A stretch of 64,000 bases of DNA, from assembly GCA_965248445.1 (NCBI GenBank), contig CBDFJG010000001.1, positions 288,001 through 352,000 of the forward strand, written 5' to 3'. This DNA is from Planctomycetota bacterium. Its GTDB lineage: Bacteria; Planctomycetota; JAJSAM01; JAJVHW01. Of this stretch, positions 49,198 to 59,043 are shown one piece after another. The notes under the pieces were generated by a model. That model saw only the letters and a list, made by a program, of their open reading frames with translations. It ran no database searches and was not told the origin of the DNA. Made by a program: the position numbers and the translations under genes. Each line of letters starts with the position of its first letter. Position 1 is the stretch's first letter.

Positions 49198-50757
49198 ATG
49201 AAGCCCGGCGCCCGACGACGACTCGCCTTCGCCACGGTTGCGGCCGTCGTGCTGCTCACCGGTTGGTGCGCGACCCGTCCCACTGAGCCGGAGGGTGCGA
49301 TGAAGCCGGAGCCGGCCGCAGACACGGACGAGACCGATCGAGAGCGCGTGAACGTGGTGCCTCCGCAGTCGGCCGGCGACGAGCCCGCGCAGCCCGCGGT
49401 GACGGAACCGCAGGCGCCGGGGGCCGACCCGACGGCGCGGATCGTCGTGCGTGTCCTCGACGAGCGTGGCTCGCCCGCCGCAGAGGTCACCGTGGTGATC
49501 GTCGCCAAGTACCCGTCGGACCGCGGACGATTCGAGGACGGCATCATCGAGACCGGTCTGACCGGCAACGATGGCTCCCTCGAGCTGACCGTCCCCGATC
49601 TCGGTGGTGTGAACGTGTTCGTCCACCGCGGGCGCGGCGCGGCCATGCGCGGGAACCTCCAGTTGGACCGAGCGGAGCCCCTCGAGGTCGAGCTGCGGCT
49701 CGGCGACGCGCCTCCGGTCCGCGGCGTCGTGCGGCACGAGAACGGCGCCCCCGTGACCGGCGCACCGGTCGTCGGACGATTCCAGACAGCTCCGCTCTCG
49801 CACTGGACGCACTACGTCCACACGACGTCCGGAAGCGACGGCGAGTTCACGCTCACGGGCGTGCCGCTCGACCACCGCGGACGGGAGGCATTCGTCAACG
49901 TGCCGCACGTCCAGGGCGTGTTCTGGGGCGGCGAGACGCGCATCGAAGTCGGGGCGTTCGATGAGCTCGTGCTCGTCGAGACACCACGCATCTGCCGGGT
50001 GCGGGGGCACTTCGTCGACAGCGATGACGACCCCATCGAGCCGGCGCGCGGGCAGTGGCGGTCCAGGAAGATCAGCTACGACACCGGGACGGACGACGAC
50101 GGTCGCATCGACATCAGCCTTCCGTACGGGACGTACGACGCGGAGATGTTCCCGATGCTCGCCGCCGCGTGGGAGCGCAAGGACATCGTGCTGGATCGGG
50201 CCGAACTCGATCTCGGCACGATCGTCCTGCCCCCCGGCGTCGCGCTCCGCGGAACGGTGCTGAATGCGGACGGCACCCCGGCCGCGCAAGCCAACGTGAA
50301 GGTCTCCTCCGCCTGGTGGGCTGTCGCGACGGACGAGGATGGACGCTTCGAAGTGCTGCACCTGAATCCCGGACCGCACCGTGTCGCCGTGCGCGCCGAC
50401 GGTAACTGGGGGTGGGAAGAGTCAAGCTACATCGAAGACGAGATCACTGTTCCGACCGACTCGGCGGTGATGCGTCTCGACGACGGCCGCTTCCTCTCAC
50501 TCAGATTTCAGGATGCGGACGGAGCCGAAGCGGAAGTGAGGAAGGTCGTTCTGCTGGTCTCCGATCCGGAGTCCGGCGACCGGGTGTACGGACACACGTG
50601 GAAAGGACGCAGTCATCGTGCCCGCCGTCGCCTGCCGCGTGCGGGCACGTTCGACGTCACCGTCACTGTGGACGACCGGGAGCCGGTGCGGTTCCCCAGA
50701 GTGGTGATCCAGGAGCTCGCGGAGACCGCGCTTCACGTGACGCTCAGCGAGAAGTAG
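49198..50757 (+). CDS. membrane-anchored carboxypeptidase-regulatory-like repeat protein
   Basis: TM, Pro-rich linker and repeated (R)G.V....G.P...A...T..DG.F units. Confidence 0.8.
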   Translation: MKPGARRRLAFATVAAVVLLTGWCATRPTEPEGAMKPEPAADTDETDRERVNVVPPQSAGDEPAQPAVTEPQAPGADPTARIVVRVLDERGSPAAEVTVVIVAKYPSDRGRFEDGIIETGLTGNDGSLELTVPDLGGVNVFVHRGRGAAMRGNLQLDRAEPLEVELRLGDAPPVRGVVRHENGAPVTGAPVVGRFQTAPLSHWTHYVHTTSGSDGEFTLTGVPLDHRGREAFVNVPHVQGVFWGGETRIEVGAFDELVLVETPRICRVRGHFVDSDDDPIEPARGQWRSRKISYDTGTDDDGRIDISLPYGTYDAEMFPMLAAAWERKDIVLDRAELDLGTIVLPPGVALRGTVLNADGTPAAQANVKVSSAWWAVATDEDGRFEVLHLNPGPHRVAVRADGNWGWEESSYIEDEITVPTDSAVMRLDDGRFLSLRFQDADGAEAEVRKVVLLVSDPESGDRVYGHTWKGRSHRARRRLPRAGTFDVTVTVDDREPVRFPRVVIQELAETALHVTLSEK

Positions 50758-50764
50758 CCGCTAG

Positions 50765-51478
50765 CTAGCGCTGACCGGCGAAGACCTTCTGCAACAGGTC
50801 GCTCACGCGCGCCGCCGGGTTCGTGCGGATGTCGCGCTCGATCTTCCCCAGTTCGGTGAACAGGCCGTCCAGCGCGCGCTCGGTGACATACGACTCGAGA
50901 TCGAGGTTCACCTTCGGCGCGAATGGCACCTGCTCGTACGTCGCCTTCAGATCGTTGAACGTACGCGCGGCGCCGACCTGGTCCATGTGGTTCTTCACGA
51001 TCGGCCGGTAGAGGTTCGTCAGCGCGCCCGACGTCTTGCGCCGGAAGAACGACGTCGCGGCCGTCTTGTTGCCGCCGAGGATCTTGCGCGCATCGTCGAA
51101 TGACATGCTTCGGATCGCGTCGCTGAATATGGGTGCGGCCTGTGTGACGGCGTGCTCGGCGGCCTCGTTCATCTTTGCCTCGAACGTGTCGATCTGTCCG
51201 CCGAGTCCGATCTTGCGCAGCGTCGACGCCAGATCGTCGAGCTCGTCGGGAACGATGATGCGGCGGACCGCATCGTTCGCGTAGCCGCCGGGGCGCGAGA
51301 GCAGGTTCACGGAGCGGTCCGTGCCGACGTTGAGCGCCTCCTTCAGCCCTGCGACGATCGTGTCGTTGCCGAGCCCACCCTGTCCCAGGACGTTTCCGAA
51401 GTCACCGGCACTCAGCGACTCGCACGCGGGGAGAGTCAGAGAACAGACCAGGAGCAGGACGGTGCCGAGGTGTTTCAT
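50765..51478 (-). CDS. DUF4197 family lipoprotein
   Basis: Lipobox LPAC, GLKEALNVG, MNEAAE, ALDGLF and IRTNPAAR..DLLQKVF. Confidence 0.9.
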   Translation of the reverse strand: MKHLGTVLLLVCSLTLPACESLSAGDFGNVLGQGGLGNDTIVAGLKEALNVGTDRSVNLLSRPGGYANDAVRRIIVPDELDDLASTLRKIGLGGQIDTFEAKMNEAAEHAVTQAAPIFSDAIRSMSFDDARKILGGNKTAATSFFRRKTSGALTNLYRPIVKNHMDQVGAARTFNDLKATYEQVPFAPKVNLDLESYVTERALDGLFTELGKIERDIRTNPAARVSDLLQKVFAGQR

Positions 51479-51546
51479 GCCGCACAGTCTGACCGATCGG
51501 GTCCACCAGGCTCCGAATCGCTCGAGAGGCGTCCGCTGCGGCGCGC

Positions 51547-52092
51547 TCAGTCCTTCGAGCAGTCGATCGCGATCACGCCGTCGCCGAACGCAACCCAGAG
51601 CGAGCGCCCGCCGGGTCCCTCGCCCCATACGAGCTTGCGGTTCTCCTCGTCCACTTGCATCGTGTAACGCAGCCGCGCGCCGGCGACGACCACGCTTGCC
51701 CTCGCGGCCGTCCAGTCGTACTCGCCGGTGAGCAGGACGACGGAGATTTCCGACATGCGCGGCTCCTCGTCGTCGTCGTAGCACTTCACGACGCCCTGCC
51801 AATCCCCCTCCGGCGCGAACATCGACGCATCGAGTGGCAACCAGACCTCGCCGACGCTGTTAGCCGCGTCCTTCGTGTACTTCGCGACGTCGCGCTGGCG
51901 CATGCCGGGGAAGAGCCCGGTCTTCGCGCCGACGAGGTTCTTCATGATCTCGGCGACTGCGGCGTGAGTCGCCGCATCCCGGTCCTCTGCCCCCTCCTTC
52001 TCCTGCGCGGGCGCGCGCTCCGCGCTGAGCAGCCCCACCACGAGAGCCACGGAGACGATCGCTCCGAGGACGGCCAGATGACGGATCTTCAT
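51547..52092 (-). CDS. secreted hypothetical protein
   Basis: RBS AAGGAG and signal peptide. Confidence 0.65.
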   Translation of the reverse strand: MKIRHLAVLGAIVSVALVVGLLSAERAPAQEKEGAEDRDAATHAAVAEIMKNLVGAKTGLFPGMRQRDVAKYTKDAANSVGEVWLPLDASMFAPEGDWQGVVKCYDDDEEPRMSEISVVLLTGEYDWTAARASVVVAGARLRYTMQVDEENRKLVWGEGPGGRSLWVAFGDGVIAIDCSKD

Positions 52093-52183
52093 GGGTGTCT
52101 CCTTCACGTCTGCACAGACCGAGGATAGACGACAGCCGGCGACGAGACCGGTGACAAGGAGCGAGGGGACCTACCATGTCGGG

Positions 52184-52924
52184 ATGCGCACGCTCGCGCT
52201 TCTCGTCTTGTCTTCCTTTCCGGTCGCGACCGCCTGTTCCGGCGGAGCGGGCGTGGACGCCGGCGTGACGCACGTCGCCGCGATCGGGCCGCGCGCGGCG
52301 GAACGCGAGCACATGGTCGCGACTCAGATCGAAGCGCGCGGCGTTCGCGACCAGCGCGTCCTCAACGCCGTGCGCGCGGTGCCACGGCACGAGTTCGTCC
52401 CGGCGGCTTGGGTGCGCCACGCCTACGAGGACACGCCGCTGGAGATCGGAATGGAACAGACGATCTCGCAGCCCTTCATCGTGGCGTCGATGACCGAGGC
52501 AGGCCGGGTCCGGCCCGGCGACCGCGTGCTCGAGATCGGCACGGGCTCCGGGTATCAGGCCGCCGTCCTCGCAGAGATCACCGACGACGTCTACACGATC
52601 GAGATCATCGACGAGCTGGCGAGCACCGCGCGGGATCGCCTCGCACGACTCGGGTACGACACCGTGCGGTGCCGCACCGGCGACGGCTACGCGGGGTGGC
52701 CGGAGGCCGCTCCGTTCGACGTGATCATCGTGACGGCTGCGCCCGATGAGCCGCCGCCCGCGCTCGTGGAGCAGTTGCGGGCGGGCGGACGTATGATCAT
52801 CCCGCTCGAACGCGGCGCCGCGGCCCAGGCGCTGGTGCGCATCACGAAGGACGCGGACGGCACGGTCTCGACCGAGACGCTCTATCCCGTCTCGTTCGTC
52901 CCGTTCACTCGTGAGACCGACTGA
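52184..52924 (+). CDS. pcm: protein-L-isoaspartate O-methyltransferase
   Basis: VPRHEFVP, AYEDTPL, QTISQP, VLEIGTGSGYQAA and GDGYAGWPEAAPFD. Confidence 0.95.
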   Translation: MRTLALLVLSSFPVATACSGGAGVDAGVTHVAAIGPRAAEREHMVATQIEARGVRDQRVLNAVRAVPRHEFVPAAWVRHAYEDTPLEIGMEQTISQPFIVASMTEAGRVRPGDRVLEIGTGSGYQAAVLAEITDDVYTIEIIDELASTARDRLARLGYDTVRCRTGDGYAGWPEAAPFDVIIVTAAPDEPPPALVEQLRAGGRMIIPLERGAAAQALVRITKDADGTVSTETLYPVSFVPFTRETD

Positions 52925-52934
52925 GCTCCGGTCT

Positions 52935-53384
52935 CTACAGCTCCGGCGTCACGCTCTCGTCGTAGACGCCGAGCCTCAGCGTGACCAGGACTCCGTTCGA
53001 CCACGGCCAGAGCGCTGCGAACGCGACGCGGCCGTCGTTGTAGCGGCGCAGGTAAAGGCACTGATCGGCATGGATGCCGTCGTGCGAGTCGACCATCCGC
53101 TGCATCGGCTCGTCGAGCATCGGGCGGCAGCCGAACGGCTTCCTCGGGAGCCCGAACACACGCGCGAGCATCTCGGAGCAACTCTCCAAGTCGTCGCTGG
53201 AGATGATCCCGTGCAGGTACTCCGCGGAGCAGCCATGGCGCAACTTGACGTCGAACTCGCCGAGGATCGACGTGACCAGCGTCGAGACGACCGCCGTGGA
53301 CTTGCCGCCGGCAGCCGGATCGAACAGGGTGACGCGCGTAGCGGCCCCGTCGACCAACGTCTTCAGAGAATCCATCATCCACAT
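52935..53384 (-). CDS. hypothetical protein
   Basis: 3' part of ORF 52935..53600 (FGLPRKPFG, GIHADQCLY, ALWPW). Start uncertain. Confidence 0.6.
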   Translation of the reverse strand: MWMMDSLKTLVDGAATRVTLFDPAAGGKSTAVVSTLVTSILGEFDVKLRHGCSAEYLHGIISSDDLESCSEMLARVFGLPRKPFGCRPMLDEPMQRMVDSHDGIHADQCLYLRRYNDGRVAFAALWPWSNGVLVTLRLGVYDESVTPEL

Positions 53385-53505
53385 GGTGAGCCAACCCCGG
53401 TCGGACGATAGAGAGCGACCGGGACCACTCCCCAGATCGGCATCGCCGGCCTCCGGCGTGAGAGGCAGTCGGTGCGGGCCCGCCCGGCCCCGGTCAGCGC
53501 CCGGA

Positions 53506-53946
53506 CTACCGCGGACGAGTCCCTCGCAGGCTCGCCAGCGTCTCGGGGTCGGCCTCGCCCACGTCGTCGGGGATCGTGTTTTGCGCCACGCTGGGCGCAC
53601 GAATTGTGTCGACCATCACGCTCGTGTCGGCCGGGACACGGCGCAGCAGATCGCGCGCCGCGGCCACGCCCGAGACACGCACACGCACCCAGCCGTCCTC
53701 GCCGACGAGCCGCTTCGCTTCGTCGAGCTCATCGAAGCTCTTGAGGCGATTGGTCCCCGTGATCAGCGTGAACCACGTTCTCCCATCGCGCTCCCACGCG
53801 TAGAGCACGTAGCCCTTCATCGAGTGCGGGAGGAAGTCCGGAAGGGAGTTGAGCGCCGGCGGGTCCGGCCGGTCTGCATCGGCGAGTGGATCCCCGCACG
53901 CGGCCAGGGCAACCGCAGCGAGCAAGACGGCGAGTGTGCTCCTCAT
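53506..53946 (-). CDS. hypothetical lipoprotein
   Basis: Lipobox LAAC and SMKGYVLYAW...FTLITGTNRLKS. Confidence 0.75.
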   Translation of the reverse strand: MRSTLAVLLAAVALAACGDPLADADRPDPPALNSLPDFLPHSMKGYVLYAWERDGRTWFTLITGTNRLKSFDELDEAKRLVGEDGWVRVRVSGVAAARDLLRRVPADTSVMVDTIRAPSVAQNTIPDDVGEADPETLASLRGTRPR

Positions 53947-54037
53947 GCGCAGAGGCTACGCGCCCGAGCTGCCCAGCGTGTAACGGCCGCGCAACCTGGC
54001 GTGGTCAGCCCTGGACCTGGACTGCTGGGGCGACTAG

Positions 54038-55706
54038 CCCGAATCGTTCACCAGCCGGGAATCTGAGCGGGCCGTCGTCTGTCTAAGTGCTCGTACTCGC
54101 TAGTACTTGCACCGACAGGAGCGCCGGCCCGATGACGACAGACTGTAGCCCGCAGGGGACCCTCTTCGCGGGCATCTGTGGACGCACCGCGGTGACGCGC
54201 TTCGACGCCGGTACCGTGACGAGCGACGGGGGCGTGCTGCTGCTCGAGCGGACCGATCGTCGCATCGATCTGCTCTCGCGGTTTGCGCGCTGCTTCGGGG
54301 ACCACCGGGACCCGCGTCGGGTCGAGCACACGGTCGGCCAGATGCTGCGTCAGCGGGTCTTCGGGCTGTGCGCGGGCTACGAGGATCTGGTGGACCACGA
54401 CCATGTCGGCAAGGACCCGCTGTTTGCCGCGGCGTGCGGCAAGCGCGAGGGTGCTCTGGCCACGCACCCGACGCTCTCGCGGCTCGAGACCACGCAGCTC
54501 GGCGCCACGGCACAGACGCGCTACGCCAAGATCGAGATGGACCAGGAGCGCGTGGACAGCGTGCTCAGCGACGTCTTCTGCGAGGCCATGGGGCCGGAGG
54601 ATCCGGGCCTGCTCGTGCTGGACCTGGACCACTCCGACGTGCGGCTGCACGGCCGGCAGGAGGGCCGCTTCTTCCACGGCTACTACGGGCACTACTGCTA
54701 CCTGCCGCTGTACGTCTTCTGCGGCGAGCACCTCTTGCTCGCTCGGCTCCAGACCGCTGACAGAGATCCCGCGCGCGGAGTCGTGGACGAGCTCCGTGCG
54801 CTGGTCTTACGTCTGCGGCGCCGCTGGCCCCGGGCCAAGGTGCTCGTGCGCGCAGACTCGGGCTTTTGCCGCGAGGAGCTGATGGCCTGGTGCGAGGCCG
54901 CCGGCCACTTCTACCTGCTGGGCATGGCGCGCAATGAGCGCCTTGAGCGACACGTCGAAGACGCGCTCGATGAGGCCGCAGCCCGTGCCGTGCAGACCGG
55001 CCGAGCAGCCCGGGTCTTTCGCGACTTTGCCTGGACCACGCTGGGGAGCTGGAGCCAGAGGCGTCGCGTGGTCGCCAAGGCCGAGCACCTGCCGGGCGGC
55101 AAGCGCAATCCCCGCTTCGTGGTGACCAATCTGCCGCCTCGTAGCTGGAGCAGCAAGCGTCTCTACGAGCAGCTCTACTGCGCCCGGGGCGAGGCGGAGA
55201 ATCGCATCAAGGAGCAGCAGCTCGAGCTCTTCGGCACCCGTCTGTCGGTGCACACGATGCAGGGCAACGCCGTGCGGATGGCCATGTCGGCCATGGCCTA
55301 CGTCCTGACCTGTGCGCTGCGACGCATCGGTCTCGCCGGCACCGAGATGGCGCGTGCGCAAGCCGGCACGATCCGCCTGCGGCTGCTCAAGATCGGCGCG
55401 CTCGTGCGGATCACGACGCGCCGGATCTGGGTCTCGATGTCCTCGTCGTGGCCCTGGCAGCACGTCTTCGAGCGCTGCGCGCAACGACTGCTGGCATCCC
55501 CGAAGCCGACCTGACGTCCCGCCGCGCCGTCCGCCACACCACCGCCCGGCCTACGGTCTGCCCACACCGCAGAATCCGCGCCGTTTCGGCCGCTCACTCG
55601 CGTTGCCCTTGTGGCAACGACGACAGCATCCGCCCTCGCCTGGCCAAGATCTGACCCTGTGGACTCCGAAAGCACCGTCATCGCGACGTCTCGTGAACAG
55701 ATGCGG
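54038..55706 (+). mobile_element. IS1380-family insertion sequence
   Basis: Imperfect IRs (CCCGAATCGTTCACCAGCCG versus reverse complement CCGCATCTGTTCACGAGACG, 13/20) flanked by CTAG at 54034-54037 and 55707-55710. Confidence 0.88.
54132..55514 (+). CDS. IS1380 DDE transposase
   Basis: TSDGG, GYED, PTLSRLE, LDLD, HGRQEG.FF.GYY..YCYLPL, RADSGF and YCARGEAENRIKE. Confidence 0.95.
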   Translation: MTTDCSPQGTLFAGICGRTAVTRFDAGTVTSDGGVLLLERTDRRIDLLSRFARCFGDHRDPRRVEHTVGQMLRQRVFGLCAGYEDLVDHDHVGKDPLFAAACGKREGALATHPTLSRLETTQLGATAQTRYAKIEMDQERVDSVLSDVFCEAMGPEDPGLLVLDLDHSDVRLHGRQEGRFFHGYYGHYCYLPLYVFCGEHLLLARLQTADRDPARGVVDELRALVLRLRRRWPRAKVLVRADSGFCREELMAWCEAAGHFYLLGMARNERLERHVEDALDEAAARAVQTGRAARVFRDFAWTTLGSWSQRRRVVAKAEHLPGGKRNPRFVVTNLPPRSWSSKRLYEQLYCARGEAENRIKEQQLELFGTRLSVHTMQGNAVRMAMSAMAYVLTCALRRIGLAGTEMARAQAGTIRLRLLKIGALVRITTRRIWVSMSSSWPWQHVFERCAQRLLASPKPT

Positions 55707-56735
55707 CTAGTCCGCCGCGTCGACGGACGCGCATCGCTCGTACACCGGAACGAGGCAAGTGGACCGATAGTCCAGCCCGCGAGCGGTTCCGTGGACCTCG
55801 AGCTCCCAGTACGTCGCGGGATATCCGGAGAGACGTGTAGCGGGCGCGCGTTCAGGAAGCGCGAACTCGAGGTGCAGTTCGGCTCCGGCGGTGACGTGTG
55901 AGGCGACGTCCGCGAACTCTCGCACGTCCTCATGGACGCAGAAGACCTCGATCGAGGTCTCGGTGCCGTCGTGGGTTCCCCGAACCGCAATCTCCTCCTC
56001 GATGGCGCGGAACGTGAAGCGCAGCTTGTCGAACGAGCGTGGACGCGAGAGTGAGAAGCCGAGCGAAGCATCATCGCCGACGAAGAACGGCGCTGCGTCC
56101 CAGCGCACCGTCGCACTCCCGTACCTCGCGGCGTGAGCGAGTTGCATGAGGACACCCACGAACATCCACGCGGCGATCAGATCCGCGACGGCGCAGAGGG
56201 CCCAGAGCCAGATCGCGTCGGCGTGCGCAGCGAGGATCAGGTTGAGCGGAGTCACGATGACGGCCGCGGTCGCGAGGATCGCGAGCTGCGTTCCGAGGCG
56301 CCCTAGCCCGCGGTCCTTCGCACCGCCGACGCGCCATGGATGGTCCGCTCGCCAAGCCTGGTCCGGATACAGCCTGCGCAATCGAGCGCGGCGCCGCCGG
56401 CTGATCGCCATCCTGAGTCCGGAGAGCACGACGAACAGTCCGGTGAGGGCGGGCACGACGACCAGGAAGTGCCCGACGACCGCGTACACTGCTCCGCGCC
56501 TGCCAGATGCGCTCCCGAAGTCGGCACGCCACATCAACCAGAACGCGCCCGCGACGACGAAGGCGACGGCGCCAAGAGCGCAGTAGAGACGCGGGCTGTC
56601 GTGCGGCAGGCTGCGCGTCGTGCGACGGTGCAGGCGCGTGCGCGTCAAGCCGTCTCCGGGACCGCCTTCCACACCCGCCAACGTGCGCGGCACGTCGGCG
56701 CCTGGGGGACCTATCGAGAACTCGATGAGAGCCAT
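55707..56735 (-). CDS. hypothetical membrane protein (4 TM plus C-terminal beta domain)
   Basis: Two TM pairs around PDQAWRADHPW; C-terminal YWELEV.....GLDYRSTCLVPVY. Confidence 0.7.
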   Translation of the reverse strand: MALIEFSIGPPGADVPRTLAGVEGGPGDGLTRTRLHRRTTRSLPHDSPRLYCALGAVAFVVAGAFWLMWRADFGSASGRRGAVYAVVGHFLVVVPALTGLFVVLSGLRMAISRRRRARLRRLYPDQAWRADHPWRVGGAKDRGLGRLGTQLAILATAAVIVTPLNLILAAHADAIWLWALCAVADLIAAWMFVGVLMQLAHAARYGSATVRWDAAPFFVGDDASLGFSLSRPRSFDKLRFTFRAIEEEIAVRGTHDGTETSIEVFCVHEDVREFADVASHVTAGAELHLEFALPERAPATRLSGYPATYWELEVHGTARGLDYRSTCLVPVYERCASVDAAD

Positions 56736-56864
56736 ACAGCACCATCGGGCCCGGAGGCGGTCCACCCTGACCGGCACCCCCGTGTCAGCCTGGGAGCAGC
56801 CTCGTAGCACTCGCGGCGATCCGCCATGTACGCCAGGACACCCTGGGCACTCTAAGATCGACGC

Positions 56865-57563
56865 ATGCAAATCCGCGTCGGCACCAGTGGGTACTCGTAC
56901 AAGGAGTGGAAGGGGTCCTTCTACCCCGAGAAGCTCGCCGCTTCGAAGATGCTGACGTACTACGCCGAGCGGCTGCCCGCTGTCGAGGTGAACTACACGT
57001 TCCGGCGCATGCCCAGCGAGAAGACCGTCGCGCGCTGGGTCGCAGAGACGCCTGATTCGTTCCGCTTCGTCTTGAAGGTCCACCAACGGATCAGCCATCG
57101 TCAGCGACTCAAGGACAGCGGCGACTCTCTCGCGTACCTGCTGAAAGTCACCGACGGGCTCGGCGAGAAGCGCGGTCCGTTCCTCGTGCAGCTGCCGCCG
57201 AACTTCAAGGCAGACGTCGACCGGCTTGCGTCGTTCGTCGACCTGATCCCCGACGGAGTTCGGGTCGGCTTCGAATTCCGAAACGACTCGTGGTTCGACG
57301 ACGCCGTGTACGACGTGCTGCGCGCGAAGAATGCGGCCGTCGTCTTCGCAGAAGCCGACGATCGCCCGGAGTCTCCCGCGATTGCTACCGCCGACTGGGG
57401 CTACGCACGCCTCCGTAAGACCCAGTACGACAAGAAGGCGCTTGTCGCATGGAGCAAGCGCATCAGTGAGTGCGGGTGGAATGAGGCCTTCGTCTTCTTC
57501 AAGCACGAGGACGGAGGCGCCGGGCCCAAGTTCGCGACCGAGTTCGCGGAACTCACCGGCTGA
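56865..57563 (+). CDS. DUF72 (YecE-like) family protein
   Basis: VGTSGYSYKEWKGSFYP, VEVNYTF, LVQLPP and EFRNDSW. Confidence 0.93.
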   Translation: MQIRVGTSGYSYKEWKGSFYPEKLAASKMLTYYAERLPAVEVNYTFRRMPSEKTVARWVAETPDSFRFVLKVHQRISHRQRLKDSGDSLAYLLKVTDGLGEKRGPFLVQLPPNFKADVDRLASFVDLIPDGVRVGFEFRNDSWFDDAVYDVLRAKNAAVVFAEADDRPESPAIATADWGYARLRKTQYDKKALVAWSKRISECGWNEAFVFFKHEDGGAGPKFATEFAELTG

Positions 57564-57587
57564 GACAGGCGGGCGTCTGCGCGCCGT

Positions 57588-58952
57588 CTACTCGAGCAGC
57601 TCCACCGCGGCGCCCTCCTCCTCGAACAGGTCGTCGCCGCGGACACGCGAGAACGTGTTGCCGCGCCGCTCGGAGCGGCTGCCCGCAGCGAAGTGGATGC
57701 CGTCGCCTCCGCAACGCGTGATCCGATTCGTGTCCAGCACGACAGTGCCGGCGCCCTCGCGCACGAACACCCCGTGGCGCAGACTGCCCACGATGTGGTT
57801 CTGGGCGAGCACGAGCCGCGTGCCGTCGGTGACGGCGATCAGACCCGCCTCGCCGTCCCGGCCGCGGACGCCGGTCACGGTGTTTCCCCGCGCGAGGATG
57901 GTCCCCGTATCCCCACCGTCGACGATCATGGCGTTGCCGTTGCACGCGGAGACCCTGTTCTGCGACACATCCAGCACACCGCCGAGTTCGTGGCTGTGAA
58001 ACACCAGTAGTCCCCACTGCGCGTTCCTGACGCGATTGTCCCGCACGGTGCCGGCGCCTGGCTCGGGGTTGTCACCTCGGCTCCTGAGCCCTGCCTCGAT
58101 GCCTCGACTGTGGCGACGCTTGGATGGGCGGCCGACGACTCGGTTTGCGACGACCGTGAGCGCGGACGCGTCCACGCTGATGGCGTGACCGGCTTCGACC
58201 ATCCGGATCCGGTTCCCCCGCACGACCACCGCGACCCCCGGCGGGGACGAGACGTTCTGATGGATGCCTATCGCGCCGCCTCCGCGCGCCGGCACGAATC
58301 GGTTCTCCTCGATCACCACGCTATGGACATTGCCCGAGATGATCCCGCCCTCGATGCGGTTGCGCCGGATCACGAGGCCGGAGCTCCCGGCCAGGCTGAC
58401 GTTGAAGTTCCGTCCCGCGATGTGGTTGCCTTCGAGCGTCGTGTCGCGGTCGTGGTCGAAGAAGAACTTCCCGCCGGACGTCGTCGCGCGCGGCCCCACG
58501 TTGAAGCGGTTCGGCCTGCCTTGCGTGCCGATCACGGTGTTCGAGACGTCATCGAGGTGCAGGTCGGCGCCGTAGAACCTGTTGCCGACGATCGTCGCGC
58601 CGTCTCCCGGACGTTCTACGCGCACGTCAACGCGGTCCAACGTGATTCGCCGAAGCGTCGTCCGTTCGGCGCGCACGATCAGCGTAGTCCCGCCCCGGAT
58701 CCGCACCGGCCCGCGGATCGTCAGGTCGCGCACGCCGAGGGGTAGCTCCAGGTCGTCTGCGAGTCGCACCTCTCGCACGCGAAACCGGATCACGTCCCCG
58801 CTCTCGACTTGGCTCAAGACGTCCGGCAACGAGCCCGCGCCGCCACCCGACGACCTCACGATCCACTCCTCGGCGAGAGCGGCTGACGAGCACACGAGCA
58901 GCGCCAGCATCACCAGCGCCCACCGTCCTGCAGTCGTCAAGCTCACTCCCAT
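57588..58952 (-). CDS. secreted right-handed beta-helix repeat protein
   Basis: Signal peptide, GAGSL......SGDVIRF and repeated ..GNRI/V motifs. Confidence 0.8.
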   Translation of the reverse strand: MGVSLTTAGRWALVMLALLVCSSAALAEEWIVRSSGGGAGSLPDVLSQVESGDVIRFRVREVRLADDLELPLGVRDLTIRGPVRIRGGTTLIVRAERTTLRRITLDRVDVRVERPGDGATIVGNRFYGADLHLDDVSNTVIGTQGRPNRFNVGPRATTSGGKFFFDHDRDTTLEGNHIAGRNFNVSLAGSSGLVIRRNRIEGGIISGNVHSVVIEENRFVPARGGGAIGIHQNVSSPPGVAVVVRGNRIRMVEAGHAISVDASALTVVANRVVGRPSKRRHSRGIEAGLRSRGDNPEPGAGTVRDNRVRNAQWGLLVFHSHELGGVLDVSQNRVSACNGNAMIVDGGDTGTILARGNTVTGVRGRDGEAGLIAVTDGTRLVLAQNHIVGSLRHGVFVREGAGTVVLDTNRITRCGGDGIHFAAGSRSERRGNTFSRVRGDDLFEEEGAAVELLE

Positions 58953-59043
58953 CGCGGATGCCAGCGTACCTGGAATCGCGCTGGTCGACACCGCCGCCCC
59001 ATCGGCGACGCGCTTCCGGGGTCGCCCCGGTAACGTGGTTGCG

